DNA of 62,885 nucleotides, counting the filler, from Octopus bimaculoides (taxonomy: Eukaryota), in assembly GCF_001194135.2 (NCBI RefSeq). It is 6 parts of 5 records of this genome, joined end to end, with 100 filler letters (N's around TTAATTAATTAA, not from the genome) between each part and the next. Parts side by side here need not be neighbours in the genome. Positions count along the whole stretch, not along the records: positions 22,162 to 32,554 come from NC_068998.1; positions 32,655 to 43,655 come from NC_068993.1; 4 more parts are not named here. The stretch is one strand, 5' to 3'. Made by a program: the position numbers and the translations under genes. This document shows, piece after piece, positions 25,490-36,612 of the stretch. Every line of letters begins with the position of its first letter. Position 1 is the first letter of the stretch. The notes below the pieces were generated by a model. That model was not told the origin of the DNA, ran no database searches, and worked only from the letters and a program-made list of their open reading frames with translations.

Positions 25490-25680
25490 NNNNNNNNNNN
25501 NNNNNNNNNNNNNNNATGATCATTTATAGAGGTGAGTATCAAGTTATTAAAATTGAAGCCACATTCAGAAACAACAGTAATTGTGTAATATAAATGTTTT
25601 CTCTTCATCCGTTATCATTGCTATTAAAATAACAACAACAACAACAACAACAATAATAATGTAGTTTCGCTGCTTCTCTT

Positions 25681-25947
25681 TCAAACATCTAATTTGGGAG
25701 AGAATTTTTTGATGAAGTGTAGTTCCATTACTTTTCAGAATTTTGTGTCTTCTGTTGGATGTTTGTAAAAGGGAAAGATTTTGAACTTTCCTTCACTGCA
25801 TATTTCTAGATGCTTCTTCAGTGGAATCATGTGCAATTCTTCTTGTCAGATGTGTTGTCTGTGGATTCTTGCACATTGGCAGAGGAAATTATTTGTTTTA
25901 CCAATGTAATTTTCCTTGCAGTTAGGGCAAGTAAAAGTTTTACTTGT
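25681..25947 (-). mobile_element. Penelope-like element GIY-YIG endonuclease, decayed
   Basis: One frame: TFTCPNCKENYIGKTNNFLCQCARIHRQHI*...HLEICSEGKFKIFPFYK...*KVMELHFIKKFSPKLDV*. It has CxxC, YIG, R..H and the terminal E..FI...P.L pattern of Penelope GIY-YIG domains, with two internal stops. Confidence 0.8.
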
Positions 25948-25964
25948 GTATCTATCTTAAAATG

Positions 25965-26440
25965 AGCTGCTTGGAGGATGACATGACAAGAATTGACTAT
26001 TGGGACCGACTCAAAAAACTCAAGCTTTGTTTCCCCCCGCCACTGCTGTGAGCTCTATATCATCTGTATGATGTGAAAAATATCCCATTAACATTGCCCA
26101 TCTTTAAAATTTGTCTGAGGCTTGGCCCCCGTGTCATCCGTCCACTACAGAAATGTTCGTGTCATATCACAACACCATGACAGAACTATTTCAACATCAT
26201 GCCAGACACATATAAAGGAGGAAAATGACTTCACAGCATTCCAACGATCCTAGATGATTACCCCCAACAAATACCAGATAAACCACCCACACCCAGATAT
26301 GTCTCTGAAAACAATAACCCTCTTCTTGAATGGGCTACGGTTCCCCAGAACTGACTGTGTATCTTTTCCAGGTGGTGTTATTGAATTAGACATGGCCTGA
26401 ATCAACTTTGGCCCAAACTTATTTAAGTAATCTAATCTAT
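25965..26440 (+). mobile_element. CR1-like LINE 3' fragment
   Basis: IDYWDRLKKLKL...ELYIICMM*KI...PDKPPTPRYVSENNNPLLEWA (frameshifted). The 3' UTR caggtggtgttattgaattagacatggcctg is shared with 52548-52600. Confidence 0.8.
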
Positions 26441-26699
26441 GCTGTAACCTTTTAATCAAAGCATGACAACATGATTTCGGATAGTCTTAAGTATAAAAAA
26501 AAATTATTAAAGATTTATATAGAATTATATTCAGAGTATGTCTATAAGCTATTGTGTTTAGACCTGGTTTCTATCCTCAAACTGTTCTGTTTTGTAGATG
26601 CAATGTTCTTTTTTTTTTTTTTTAATAAAGCACTCCAAAATTAGAAAAATCAAAAATCTGCAACAATCTCAGTCCCATGAGTATCAGATAATGGATTTT

Positions 26700-27120
26700 C
26701 AACAGTGTAAAGAAACTGATTGTGGTGATCATAGTTTCGATGGTGATTGTGGTGAAAGCAGAGACAGTGTTGATGATGATGATGGTCGAGATAAGTATGG
26801 GAGGAGGATAAAATAGATCGGTAGTTATAATGGCGACAGGAGCAGTGTGATGTGTGATGCTGAGGTGGTGATGGTAATAGTGGTGTTGATAATAGTGTTA
26901 ATTGTGTGATGGTGGTATTGCACTGGTTGTGGTGGTGAAAGTGACTGTCAAGGTAACCATCACGATAATAATGGCGGTGTATGTGGTTCAAGTGGAAGCA
27001 ATGACAATGCAGCTGATGATGTTGGTGGTTGTGGTGGTGGTGATAGTGCTAGGATAGTTGTAGTGGTGATTGTGATATGGTGGTAGTGGTGGTGGTGGTG
27101 GTCGTCGTCGTCGTAGTGCT
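26700..27120. repeat. Degenerate GGT/GAT low-complexity tract
   Basis: Direct reading. Confidence 0.8.
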
Positions 27121-27132
27121 ACTCCTGCTGCT

Positions 27133-27171
27133 TTGGCAGAGGTCTGTGCTCTCCAAGTGCTTTTCTAGTTT
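27133..27171 (+). mobile_element. Isolated 3' end of a Helentron-type element
   Basis: ttggcagaggtctgtgctctccaagtgcttttctagttt is homologous to 8876-8910. Confidence 0.6.
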
Positions 27172-27750
27172 ATGAATATTATACTAATATTTAATATTTG
27201 TTCATGCAAAACATGAAATTACACAGAATATGGGACATGACTATACAAGTGTAAAGGAATATACATTTTCATAGGACTTCAAACTCTTTCTTATTTTTCA
27301 GTGATGACAGCACACTCCCCTCTTTTCTTATTTTTTCCATCCTATTTCCAAATACGTTGATAAGTAAACAATGGAAAGAAAAAAGGAGAAATAAACAAAG
27401 AAAAATTCTTTGTAAGGAAATTTCAACGAGCAGATCACATCAAATTGGAAAGAAACCTTTCTCTCCCTCTCTCGCTCTCTCTCTATCTCTATCCTTTCCC
27501 CAACCTTTATTATTTTCTCTCCTCTTGATTGTCCTGAAACCTTTCTCTCTCTGTCTATTCACCCCACCCCCGCCTAGTTGCTTCACTTTCTCCTCTTCTA
27601 AATAAAGCAAAAAAAGCATCCGATTCATATAGATGAACAGCGAAACATTCTGTTTTTACCATTTTGATTTTGATGTTGTCTTGACAAGTTTGAAAAATGA
27701 AAAGCACTAATAAAAAAATTATCCAAAATTCTGACTGCCTCCTTTTACAC
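27166..27750 (-). repeat. Right arm of the ~600 bp inverted repeat (partner 24450-25065)
   Basis: See the left arm. Confidence 0.9.
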
Positions 27751-27775
27751 AATATATATATATATCATCATCAGT

Positions 27776-28102
27776 GAAGGAGCATGGATCAGTGGTTACA
27801 GCGTGGAGCTTATGATCATGAGGTTGTGAGTTCGAATCCCTGTTCGGGCTGCATGTTGTGTTCTTGAGCAAGACATTTTATTGCTCCAGTTCACTCAGCT
27901 GTAGAAATGAGTTGCAATGTCACTGGTGCCAAGCTGTATCAGCCTTTGCCTTTCGCTTGGATAACACTGGTTGCGTGGAGAGGGGAGGCCGGTATGCATT
28001 GGCGACTGCTGGTCTTCCATAAACAACCTTGCCCAGACTTGTGCCTGGGAGGGTAACTTTCTAGGTGCAATCCCATGGTCAGTCATGACCGAACGGGATC
28101 TC
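27776..28102 (+). mobile_element. tRNA-derived SINE family E
   Basis: A-box-like TGGATCAGTGG, B box GAGTTCGAATCCC, then tgtgttcttgagcaagaca...ccagttcactcagctgtagaaatgagttg. A second copy lies at 30246-30580. Confidence 0.85.
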
Positions 28103-28107
28103 AGCAT

Positions 28108-29636
28108 ATCATCATCATCGTTTAATGTCCGCTTTCCATGCTGGCATGTGTTGGATGGTTTGACTGAGGTCTGGCAAGCCAGAAGGCTGCACCAGTCTCC
28201 AGTCTGATCTGGCAAAGTTTCTACAGCTGGATGCCTTTCCTAACGCCAACCACTCCAAGAGTGTAGTGGGTGCTTTTTACGTGCCACCGGTACAAGGGCC
28301 AGTCAGGCAGTACTGGCATCGGCCACGCTCAAATGGTGCTTTTTACATGCCACCTGCACAGGAGCCAGTCAGCGACCCAAGTAACGATCACGCTCGAATG
28401 GTGTTTTTAACGTTCCACTGGCACAGGTGCCAATCAGGCAATAATGTCATCGGCCACGACAGTGATTTCACTTGCCTCAACAGGTCTTCACAAGCATAGT
28501 TAATTGTCAAATGATCGAAGGATACTCTTAAATGGGCTGGTTATACAGCACTGGTATAGGCCATGGTTATGGTTTCACTTGACTTGCCGGGTCTTCTCAA
28601 GCACAGCATTTCTCCAAAGGTCTCGGTCACTTGTCATTGCCTCGGTGGGTCTACCTCTTCCACAGGTTCCCTCAACTGCTAGGGTGTGGCACTTTTTGAC
28701 ACAGCTGTCCTCATCCACTCACAACACATGACCATACCAGCGCGGTCATATCCCTTGCACACCACATCTAATGCTTCTTAAGGCCAACTTTTCTCTCAGG
28801 GTGCTTACATTCTGTCATGTATGCACACTGACATTACACATCCAGCAGAGCATACTGGCTTCATTCCTTGCAAGCTTACACATGTCCTCAGCAGTCACAG
28901 CCCATGTTTCACTGCCATGTAGCATAGCTGTTCGCACATACGCGTCTTACAGTCTACCTTTTACTCTGAGCGAGAGGCACTTTGTCACCAGCAGAGGTTG
29001 GAGCTCTATAAACTTTGCCCAGGCTATCCTTACTCTAACAGCTACACTTTCAGAGCATCCATCCCCACTACTGACTTGGTCACCTAAGTAACGGAAGCTA
29101 TCAACTACTTCTAGTTTTTCCCCCTGGAATGTGACGGAAGCTGTTCTCTGCACGTTTTCATTGTTTATTGCTCGAGCATTCGCCACACACAAAAACTATC
29201 TTCCCAGTTAGCCTTCTTTTGATATTGCTGCACCTCTCATGTGTCCATAGCTTACACTGGGTACATCTTATGGAGTTTCTACCTACACCTTTTCTACAGA
29301 TCAAGCAGGGCCATCGACCTGAAGGCATTTGTGGCTTGTCTGCCTTCCGACTTATTAAGACTTTGGTTTTTGCTAGGTCGACTCTCAGGCCCTTCGATTC
29401 TAATCCTTGCTTCCACACCTGAAACTTCTACAGTTCTGATAGTGATTCAACAATTATAGCAGGGCCATCAGCATAGAGAAGCTCCCAGGGGCATCCTGTC
29501 TTGAATTCCTCTGTTATTGCCTGGAGGACTGTGAAGAATAAGAGGGGGCTGAGGACTGATCCTTGGTGGACCCCTACCCCTACGCCGAATTCTTCACTGT
29601 ACTCATCGCCAACCCTTACCTTACTGACAGCATCCC
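28108..29636 (-). mobile_element. 5'-truncated RTE-clade LINE (RT C-terminal half, PHD-finger insertion, thumb, 3' UTR, (GAT)n tail)
   Basis: Minus-strand GVHQGSVLSPLLF...WELLYAD, LRVDLAKTKVL, the C4HC3 finger, SFRYLGD, RVRIAWAKF and LRVKGRLY. The 3' UTR has aggaaaggcatccagctgtag and the element ends ...ggacattaaacgatgatgatgat. Frameshifted. Confidence 0.92.
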
Positions 29637-30025
29637 TATATATATGTGTATGCGTGTGTGTGTGTATGCATACACATATAACTCTGCGTATATATGTGTA
29701 TATGAGAGTGCATATGTACATGTACCTGCATGGATACATGCAAAATGAATATGCACATACCCATTCATTGTTTTTAAAAGTATTAATGAAAAGTGTTACT
29801 TAGAAATATTACTTTAAAACATTACTTAAACAACACAATTTTATAAGTAAAATTATAAGAGGGATTTCACTCATATGACGTTTAAGACATTTATAATATT
29901 ACCACAAGAACTAGAAATGAAATTAAAAATGTGAGCTTGAGGCAGCTGTTTTTGCATCTCATTCACAAAGGATTTTTTAAACAAAAGAACATAAAGATAA
30001 GTGTTCTCTTCAAACTTTCATCTTA

Positions 30026-30136
30026 TATTTCAGAAGATATCCAAACAATGAATATTTCAATAGAAAAGCAGGCTCGTTTTCCCAGCTGATGATCAGGAAC
30101 TCTGAGTGTTGGAAATTGGAACCTTTCAGTTATAAT
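30026..30136 (+). repeat. 111-bp direct repeat, copy 1 (copy 2 at 31242-31352)
   Basis: Ungapped alignment with 6 substitutions counted by eye. Confidence 0.9.
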
Positions 30137-30245
30137 GTTTTAAAGAATACTCTACATATGTACTCAGTCTTGCAATTTATCACATCTGATGAATCAACTG
30201 AGATTTATATACATATATACACAGACATTCACACACACACTAGTG

Positions 30246-30580
30246 TAAGTGCATAGCTTAGTGGTCAGAACATCAAGCTTACAATCACAAGGCTGTGAGT
30301 TTTATTCCTGGACTGGGGTGTGTGTTGTGTTCCTGAGCTAGACACTTTATTTCACAATACTCCAGTTCACTCAGTTGTAGAAATGAGTTGGAATATCATT
30401 GGTACCAAGCTGTAATGGCTTTTGCCTTCCCTTTGGACAACATCAGTGACATGGAGAGGGGAGACTGGTACACATGAACAACTGCTGGTCTTCCACAAAG
30501 AACCTTGTCTAGACTTGTGGCTTCAAGGAGTATTTTCGAAGTGCAATCCATGGTCATTCATGACCAAAAGAGGTTTTTAC
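30246..30580 (+). mobile_element. SINE family E, second copy
   Basis: Homologous to 27776-28102. Confidence 0.85.
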
Positions 30581-30899
30581 TTTTTTACAAATACAGACAG
30601 ACAGACAGACAGACACACACACACACACAAGTTAAGGTTAATTTTTACATTTAGTTATAATAAAACGAATTTTACATTAATCTGAGGGGTTATTCTCTAC
30701 TTTTGTAGAGTACAAATTTATTCTTAAACAAGAATATTGTTGACAGGACTTTGAAGTTTCAGTCAGTTAAACCACCTTTGGAATAATGTATGTGTGTATG
30801 TATTTATATTTGTAAATATATAAGACCTGCACATGTCAGCGAACCTAAGTGCTAGAATGGTTGTGTCCCACAATTAAACTTTCATACACCCCACCTCAA

Positions 30900-31396
30900 C
30901 AAACCAAACTACATCCCCTCACTCACTTCCCTTCCCAAAGTGTTTCTCTTCTCTTCCTCACATTTCTTCTTCATACACTATGATTATCTCCCACTCCCCA
31001 ATCCAGTCCTTGCTACCCTGCTCACTGTTGTTGCTTCCCCCATCCCCACCTCTACATACCCAAATTCTCACCAGTCACAGCATTCCCCCCTTCCACTCCA
31101 GTCCTCACTACCCTGCTCACTGCATTGCTGCTTCCCCTGTCCCCTACCCAGACTCCCCCCAGTCACTACATACCCCCACTCACAACTCCTTGACAATACC
31201 CTGCCAGCACCTGCCACCATTCATCTCCCTCTTCCTTACTCTATTTCATAAGATATCCAAGCAATGAATATTTCAATAGAAAAGCAGGCTTGGTTTACCA
31301 GCTGATGATCAGGAACTGTGAGTGTTGGAAATTGGAACCTTTCAGTTATAATATACCCTATTCCCCATTCCTTGCAAGTATTTCCTGGCAGTTGCA

Positions 31397-31432
<36 letters not shown>

Positions 31433-31576
31433 TTGCTCTCCTCCCTGGCTGAGTAATCATGTATCTCCTCTACAGCAACAAACCTGTTTCTGCCCTCATT
31501 CTTGATCACTCTCTCTCCTTACTTCCCATGCTCTTACCTCTGACTAGGTAACCATGTATCTGCTTTACAGCAGCAC

Positions 31577-31624
<48 letters not shown>

Positions 31625-32117
31625 CTTGTTAACTCTCACTCTCTTTCTCTTCCTTTCTCTCTCTCTCTCTCTGGCTGGATAACCATGTATCTCCATTGCA
31701 AGAAGACATCTGTTTCTATCTCTCTATCACACTCTGATCTTTCATCATCTAACACAAGATCACCTCCTCCAATGCCCCCTCCCCACTCAAAGACATTTTG
31801 TCTTACAAAGTCATTTGGTGACCCCGCCAGGTGCTACTTAAGAAGCACCCAGTTCATACTGTAAAGTGGTTGGTATTTGGAAGGGTATCCAGCTGCAAAA
31901 ACACGCCAAAACTGACCTCGCCCATGCAAGTGCCATGTAAAAAGCACTCAGCCTACTCTACAAAGTAGTTGGTGTTAGGAAGGGCATCCAGCTGTAAAAA
32001 CTATGCCAAAACACACTCAGAAGCATAGCGCATGCTCCCGTCTGGCCAGCTCCTATCAAACCATCCAACCCATGCCAGCATGGAAGGAGTACACTAAATG
32101 ATGATGATGATGATGAT
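30900..32117 (+). mobile_element. Composite pyrimidine-rich non-autonomous element ending in an RTE-type tail
   Basis: C/T-rich body with internal repeats (ccagtcct..ctaccctgctcactg x2; gtaaccatgtatct-like x3 at 31450-31700), a duplicated ggaagggyatccagctg block (31868-32000), and the terminus ccatccaacccatgccagcatggaa...(GAT)n. Confidence 0.6.
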
Positions 32118-32226
32118 ATAATATATAAATATATAGTCACACACTATGATACAATATATAAATATATAGTCAAACATATAAATACTTATACATATAAGCA
32201 TATATGTGTAAGTATTTATATATGTA

Positions 32227-32554
32227 CTAGCAGTATAACCCGACCTTGTCCGGGTGTGACTTATTATGCCATCTACGATAAGTCTTGCTAGCTGAAAATC
32301 AACTAAAAAAGAAAGCCTTACAACGAAAAAACCCTTATGATGTAAATATGATCATAATTCAAAAGACGATGAAATTAATAGGGAAAGTCTGAAGGCTGTT
32401 TTGCGTAAAATTATTAAGCATATGTAAATTTCATCCGTGTAATTGGCTATAGAAATGCTTGTGCAAAACAACTTTTTGCGCTGCCCTTATTATACATAGC
32501 AGGGTAATCACTTTTCACAGGAGCTAGGATGGCAATTTGTGATGAAGCAATTGC
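32227..32554 (-). mobile_element. Helitron 3' terminus
   Basis: Minus strand ends ACCCGGAC-AAG-GTCGGGT (hairpin, 32238-32255), then TATACTG-CTAG|T, the canonical hairpin plus CTAG followed by T. The same end type occurs at 4416-4443. Confidence 0.65.
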
Positions 32555-32819
32555 NNNNNNNNNNNNNNNNNNNNNNNNNNNNNNNNNNNNNNNNNNNNTT
32601 AATTAATTAANNNNNNNNNNNNNNNNNNNNNNNNNNNNNNNNNNNNNNNNNNNNATATATATAATGTAACACACACACACAGAGTTGATACCACACACTC
32701 CATACATACAGACACAGTTACCACCACACGCACACACACACACACTAACACAAACACGCTACCATGCATACACACGTTATCACACACACAAACGCTACCA
32801 CACACGCGCACACACACAC

Positions 32820-33100
32820 ATATACCGACCATCTTTACACTTTCCTATCCCAGAAAGCACTTTCTCTTCCCCCTTCTACATCTGGTCACTTCAGAAATGT
32901 AACCGCACGTGAAACGTTGACGATTTTTCCTCATTCTTCTTTCTTTCCGTTTGGACGTTCCTGCTTTTTCTGTTTCTCACGAAGAGCTATGCTCGAAACG
33001 TAAACCAACAACTCTCTTCTATCACCGAGTGTCATATTAATTCATTGCGTCCTTGCGTTCGTTTGTTTCTTTGTTTTTCTTCTTTTTTCTCTTTTTTTAA
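32820..33100 (+). mobile_element. Penelope-type terminal-repeat relic with a decayed hammerhead-like motif (32972-33005)
   Basis: CTCACGA-A-GAGC-TAT-GCTC-GAAA-CGTA has the same layout as the motifs at 39284-39321 and 61732-61768. Confidence 0.5.
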
Positions 33101-33121
33101 AAAAAATTGACTATACACACA

Positions 33122-33147
33122 TATCTATCTATCTATCTATCTATCTT

Positions 33148-33200
<53 letters not shown>

Positions 33201-33345
33201 GTGTGTCTGTCTATCTATCTATTTATGTATGTATGTATGTATGTATGTATGTATGTATGTATGTATGCATGTATGTATGTATGTATATATGTATGTATGT
33301 ATGTATGTATCTATCTATCTATCTATCTATCTATCGATGTATGTA
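33122..33345. repeat. (TATC)n/(TATG)n microsatellite
   Basis: Direct reading. Confidence 0.95.
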
Positions 33346-33899
33346 TGTATATATATATATATACATAAGATTTCGAACTAATGGGTACATGTCAATTAGT
33401 GTGTTGCGTANNNNNNNNNNNNNNNNNNNNNNNNNNNNNNNNNNNNNNNNNNNNNNNNNNNNNNNNNNNNNNNNNNNNNNNNNNNNNNNNNNNNNNNNNN
33501 NNNNNNNNNNNNNNNNNNNNNNNNNNNNNNNNNNNNNNNNNNNNNNNNNNNNNNNNNNNNNNNNNNNNNNNNNNNNNNNNNNNNNNNNNNNNNNNNNNNN
33601 NNNNNNNNNNNNNNNNNNNNNNNNNNNNNNNNNNNNNNNNNNNNNNNNNNNNNNNNNNNNNNNNNNNNNNNNNNNNNNNNNNNNNNNNNNNNNNNNNNNN
33701 NNNNNNNNNNNNNNNNNNNNNNNNNNNNNNNNNNNNNNNCTAACATTGTCATGGAAAAGTGTAGGGAGTGGGGTATGTAATCTTTGTACGCACCAACAAT
33801 CTCTCAGTGGATATACTCTCTTCTGTGGCTGTCGGCGCTGCTGCTAATACGCTGAAGAGTCAGCAGACATAGGAACTACAACTATTAGATAAATTAAGC

Positions 33900-34515
33900 C
33901 TGTGGATGTGCCCAACAGCACCACATGAGAGAAATCTACACGAAAGAAATCACGTGTTATGGGTGGTAGTGGATTGGTTGAACTTGTTATTGCATCATTC
34001 CTCACCAAGTGAATACTACCCTGGTCATCGCTATCTATTGCTCTTGCAGTAGCTGTACATGCAACATTTTGTGATTGTCTAATTGAAATCTCATGTGACG
34101 ATTCATTTGCTCTCCTTCTTTACAATTTCTTTGCTACCGCCCGTTTTTCGACCAATGGAGTATCTCCTCTTTGGAGACATTCCGTCAAGTAATATGATGT
34201 AATGAAATAAGATGACAATTGTACATTAATAATGTAATTTGAATCAAAAAGGGCAAATAATATCAATATCTTTGCAAAATTTAAGAAACACATGCAACGA
34301 GCTGAGCTGATACTGTTATGTGGATAATTAACTTGCAATAAAAAGCATTAATTAATATCAATATTTTGAAAAGATGGAAAATGTTCAGCGGAAAAATTGT
34401 TACTTAGTAACGGAATAAGTTTTACATAGTAACATGCGTAAGCGAATAAATCGCACTGCGTGTAAGGGAGACAATCAATTTCTGAAAGTTACTTCGCAAA
34501 GATTTACCTCCCTTG
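33900..34515 (-). mobile_element. Possible Helitron 5' region with decayed Rep/Helicase N-terminus
   Basis: ATG at 34180 gives MSPKRRYSIGRK, then (frameshift) RAVAKKL*RRRANESSHEISIRQSQNVACTATARA, resembling the basic/charged start of Helitron proteins. An imperfect inverted repeat lies at 34464-34476 / 34501-34514. Similarity is from recall only. Confidence 0.35.
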
Positions 34516-34844
34516 TCGAGAGGAATAGTACATAACCCAAGAAAGGTTGTTTTCTGCTCACAAGAGCCCTGATTACTCATCATGTCAAAAATTTTCAAAG
34601 TCTAAAACCATCTCAGGAAGATAAGTGTTCCTAGTTTAGAGAAAATCAGTTGTAAAATTCAGAAGTCATGTGGGTTTACACACACACACACACACACACA
34701 CATACACACGCGCATGCGCGCACATACTCATACACACGCGCATGCGCGCACACACTCAAACACACGGGCGTGCGCGCACACACTCAAACACACAGATTGC
34801 CTGCTTGTGTGTGCACGCGTGCGTGTGTGTGTGTAAATATACGT

Positions 34845-34876
<32 letters not shown>

Positions 34877-35532
34877 ATATGTATATGCATGTGCGTGTGT
34901 ATGTCTGTAAGTGTGTATGTATGTGTGTATATATTTGTAAATACACTCATACGCATACATATCTATATTCTTATGTATATGCATACATATACATATGTGT
35001 ACGTGTATGAGTGTGTGAATGAGTGTGCGTGCGCGCTTGTTTGATTAATTTTCTTAAATTGATGAAATCTGTAAAATGCTACTATTTACATGGAAAGGAA
35101 ATAATATTTTGAAATTAACTTCAAAAATATATATTTGTGTTTGTATGTGTGTATGTGTGAAACTGATAAACTAAATACAATTTACAGTAACATTTTGCCG
35201 TTATATTTTGATTGAAATATCAGCGATTTCAGAACAAAATATTTTATTACAGTTCTCCCGCTGTTAGCATCTCTGATTCTCACTCCCTTCCACTCCATTT
35301 GTTTGTTTTACCTTTATCGCCGCGTGGCCTACGAGACACACTGCGTTTTATTATATCTTACATTATTATTATTATTTTTCTATTGTTAATGTTTGTAGTA
35401 GTAGTAGTAGAAGTAGTAGTAGTAGTAGTAGCAGACTCATCACTGACAAGTAAGTTTGACTTGATAGCATGTATCAGAATTTTGCTAATTGCTTCAAATA
35501 TATAATGCTAATTGTTTTGGGTATTTTTGCAG

Positions 35533-35597
35533 TTGCGAACAGACACACATATTCGCTCGGTCGTCACAGAAGTTGACTTCGTGGGGCATACAAGATG
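35533..35597 (+). CDS. Candidate 65-nt internal exon, unknown gene
   Basis: Acceptor gtatttttgcAG and donor GTaaca. Two open frames: CEQTHIFARSSQKLTSWGIQD and LRTDTHIRSVVTEVDFVGHTR. No homology established. Confidence 0.2.
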
Positions 35598-36179
35598 GTA
35601 ACAGCTGAATGAACAGAAGGATTCAAGTAGCTCCGACTCTCATAGATAAAATCTAACCATTGCATAAACTATAGATATTCGTTAGGTAACCCTAATTCTA
35701 ACTGCATCGCCAAACAATGTATTTAAGATAAATCACTTTGGAAAGAATGAAAATTCCCAGTGGCCTAAATCATGAGTTGAAAGTGTTAGTCACTAATTGA
35801 CTCGGGACGCCGCATTACTCAAGTGCAGTAATTGACGCAGCTCACATAATTTAGATAATAGCGCGTGAGATAACTACAATATATTTGTTACAATGTCACA
35901 ACATCTTAGTATCAACTCCTAAAATGATCAGCAAACGAAATCTCGGTCAGATATGTAGGGCATGCATCAGATAGCGAAAATTTGACCTCTGTTGTGTAAA
36001 TTTATATATATTTATAAAAAACAATTTCAGCTTATCTACTTCAATTCATTTGTATAGGTGAAGTGTTGTTTTATTTTAATTCATTTTGTATAGGTAACGT
36101 TTTTTTTTTCTTTTATCAAGTGTAGAGAAAACCATGCTTGAACTTTAATGGTGTTGTAATATTAGGGAGGCTTTTTAGG

Positions 36180-36320
36180 TGCTGAGTTGGCTGAATCGTT
36201 AGAGAGCAATATAGAATACATTGCTATATTCGTTCCGCCTTTCTACCTTCAGTTCAAATCCTACTGAAGTCAAGTTTCACTTTTTACAGTGTCGATGAAT
36301 AAAATACTAGTTTAGTAGTT
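36180..36320 (+). mobile_element. Old SINE family A relic
   Basis: gctgagttggctgaatcgttag...cagttcaaatcctactgaagtcaa...gtcgatgaataaaatactag. Confidence 0.5.
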
Positions 36321-36612
36321 AGAACTATTCGTCTTCACTCTTTATCTCTCTCTCTCTCTCTCTTTCTCCCACCCCTCTCTGTGTGTTTTATCTAGAATAA
36401 CTCCGCTGTGCTCTAACGTTAAGGGGGATATAGTCTCCACCGATCCAGTTTGATAATGTTCAAAATATCACTTATGTCAAGACAGTGGCCCTACAGTTGC
36501 ATCAAGAATTGAATGACCATAAAGAAAGAGTTATAATGGAATCAGCTATTATGAAAGAAAACAGAATACAATCAAAAGGTCGCACAAATTAGTAAAATAA
36601 ATATTCACGCTT

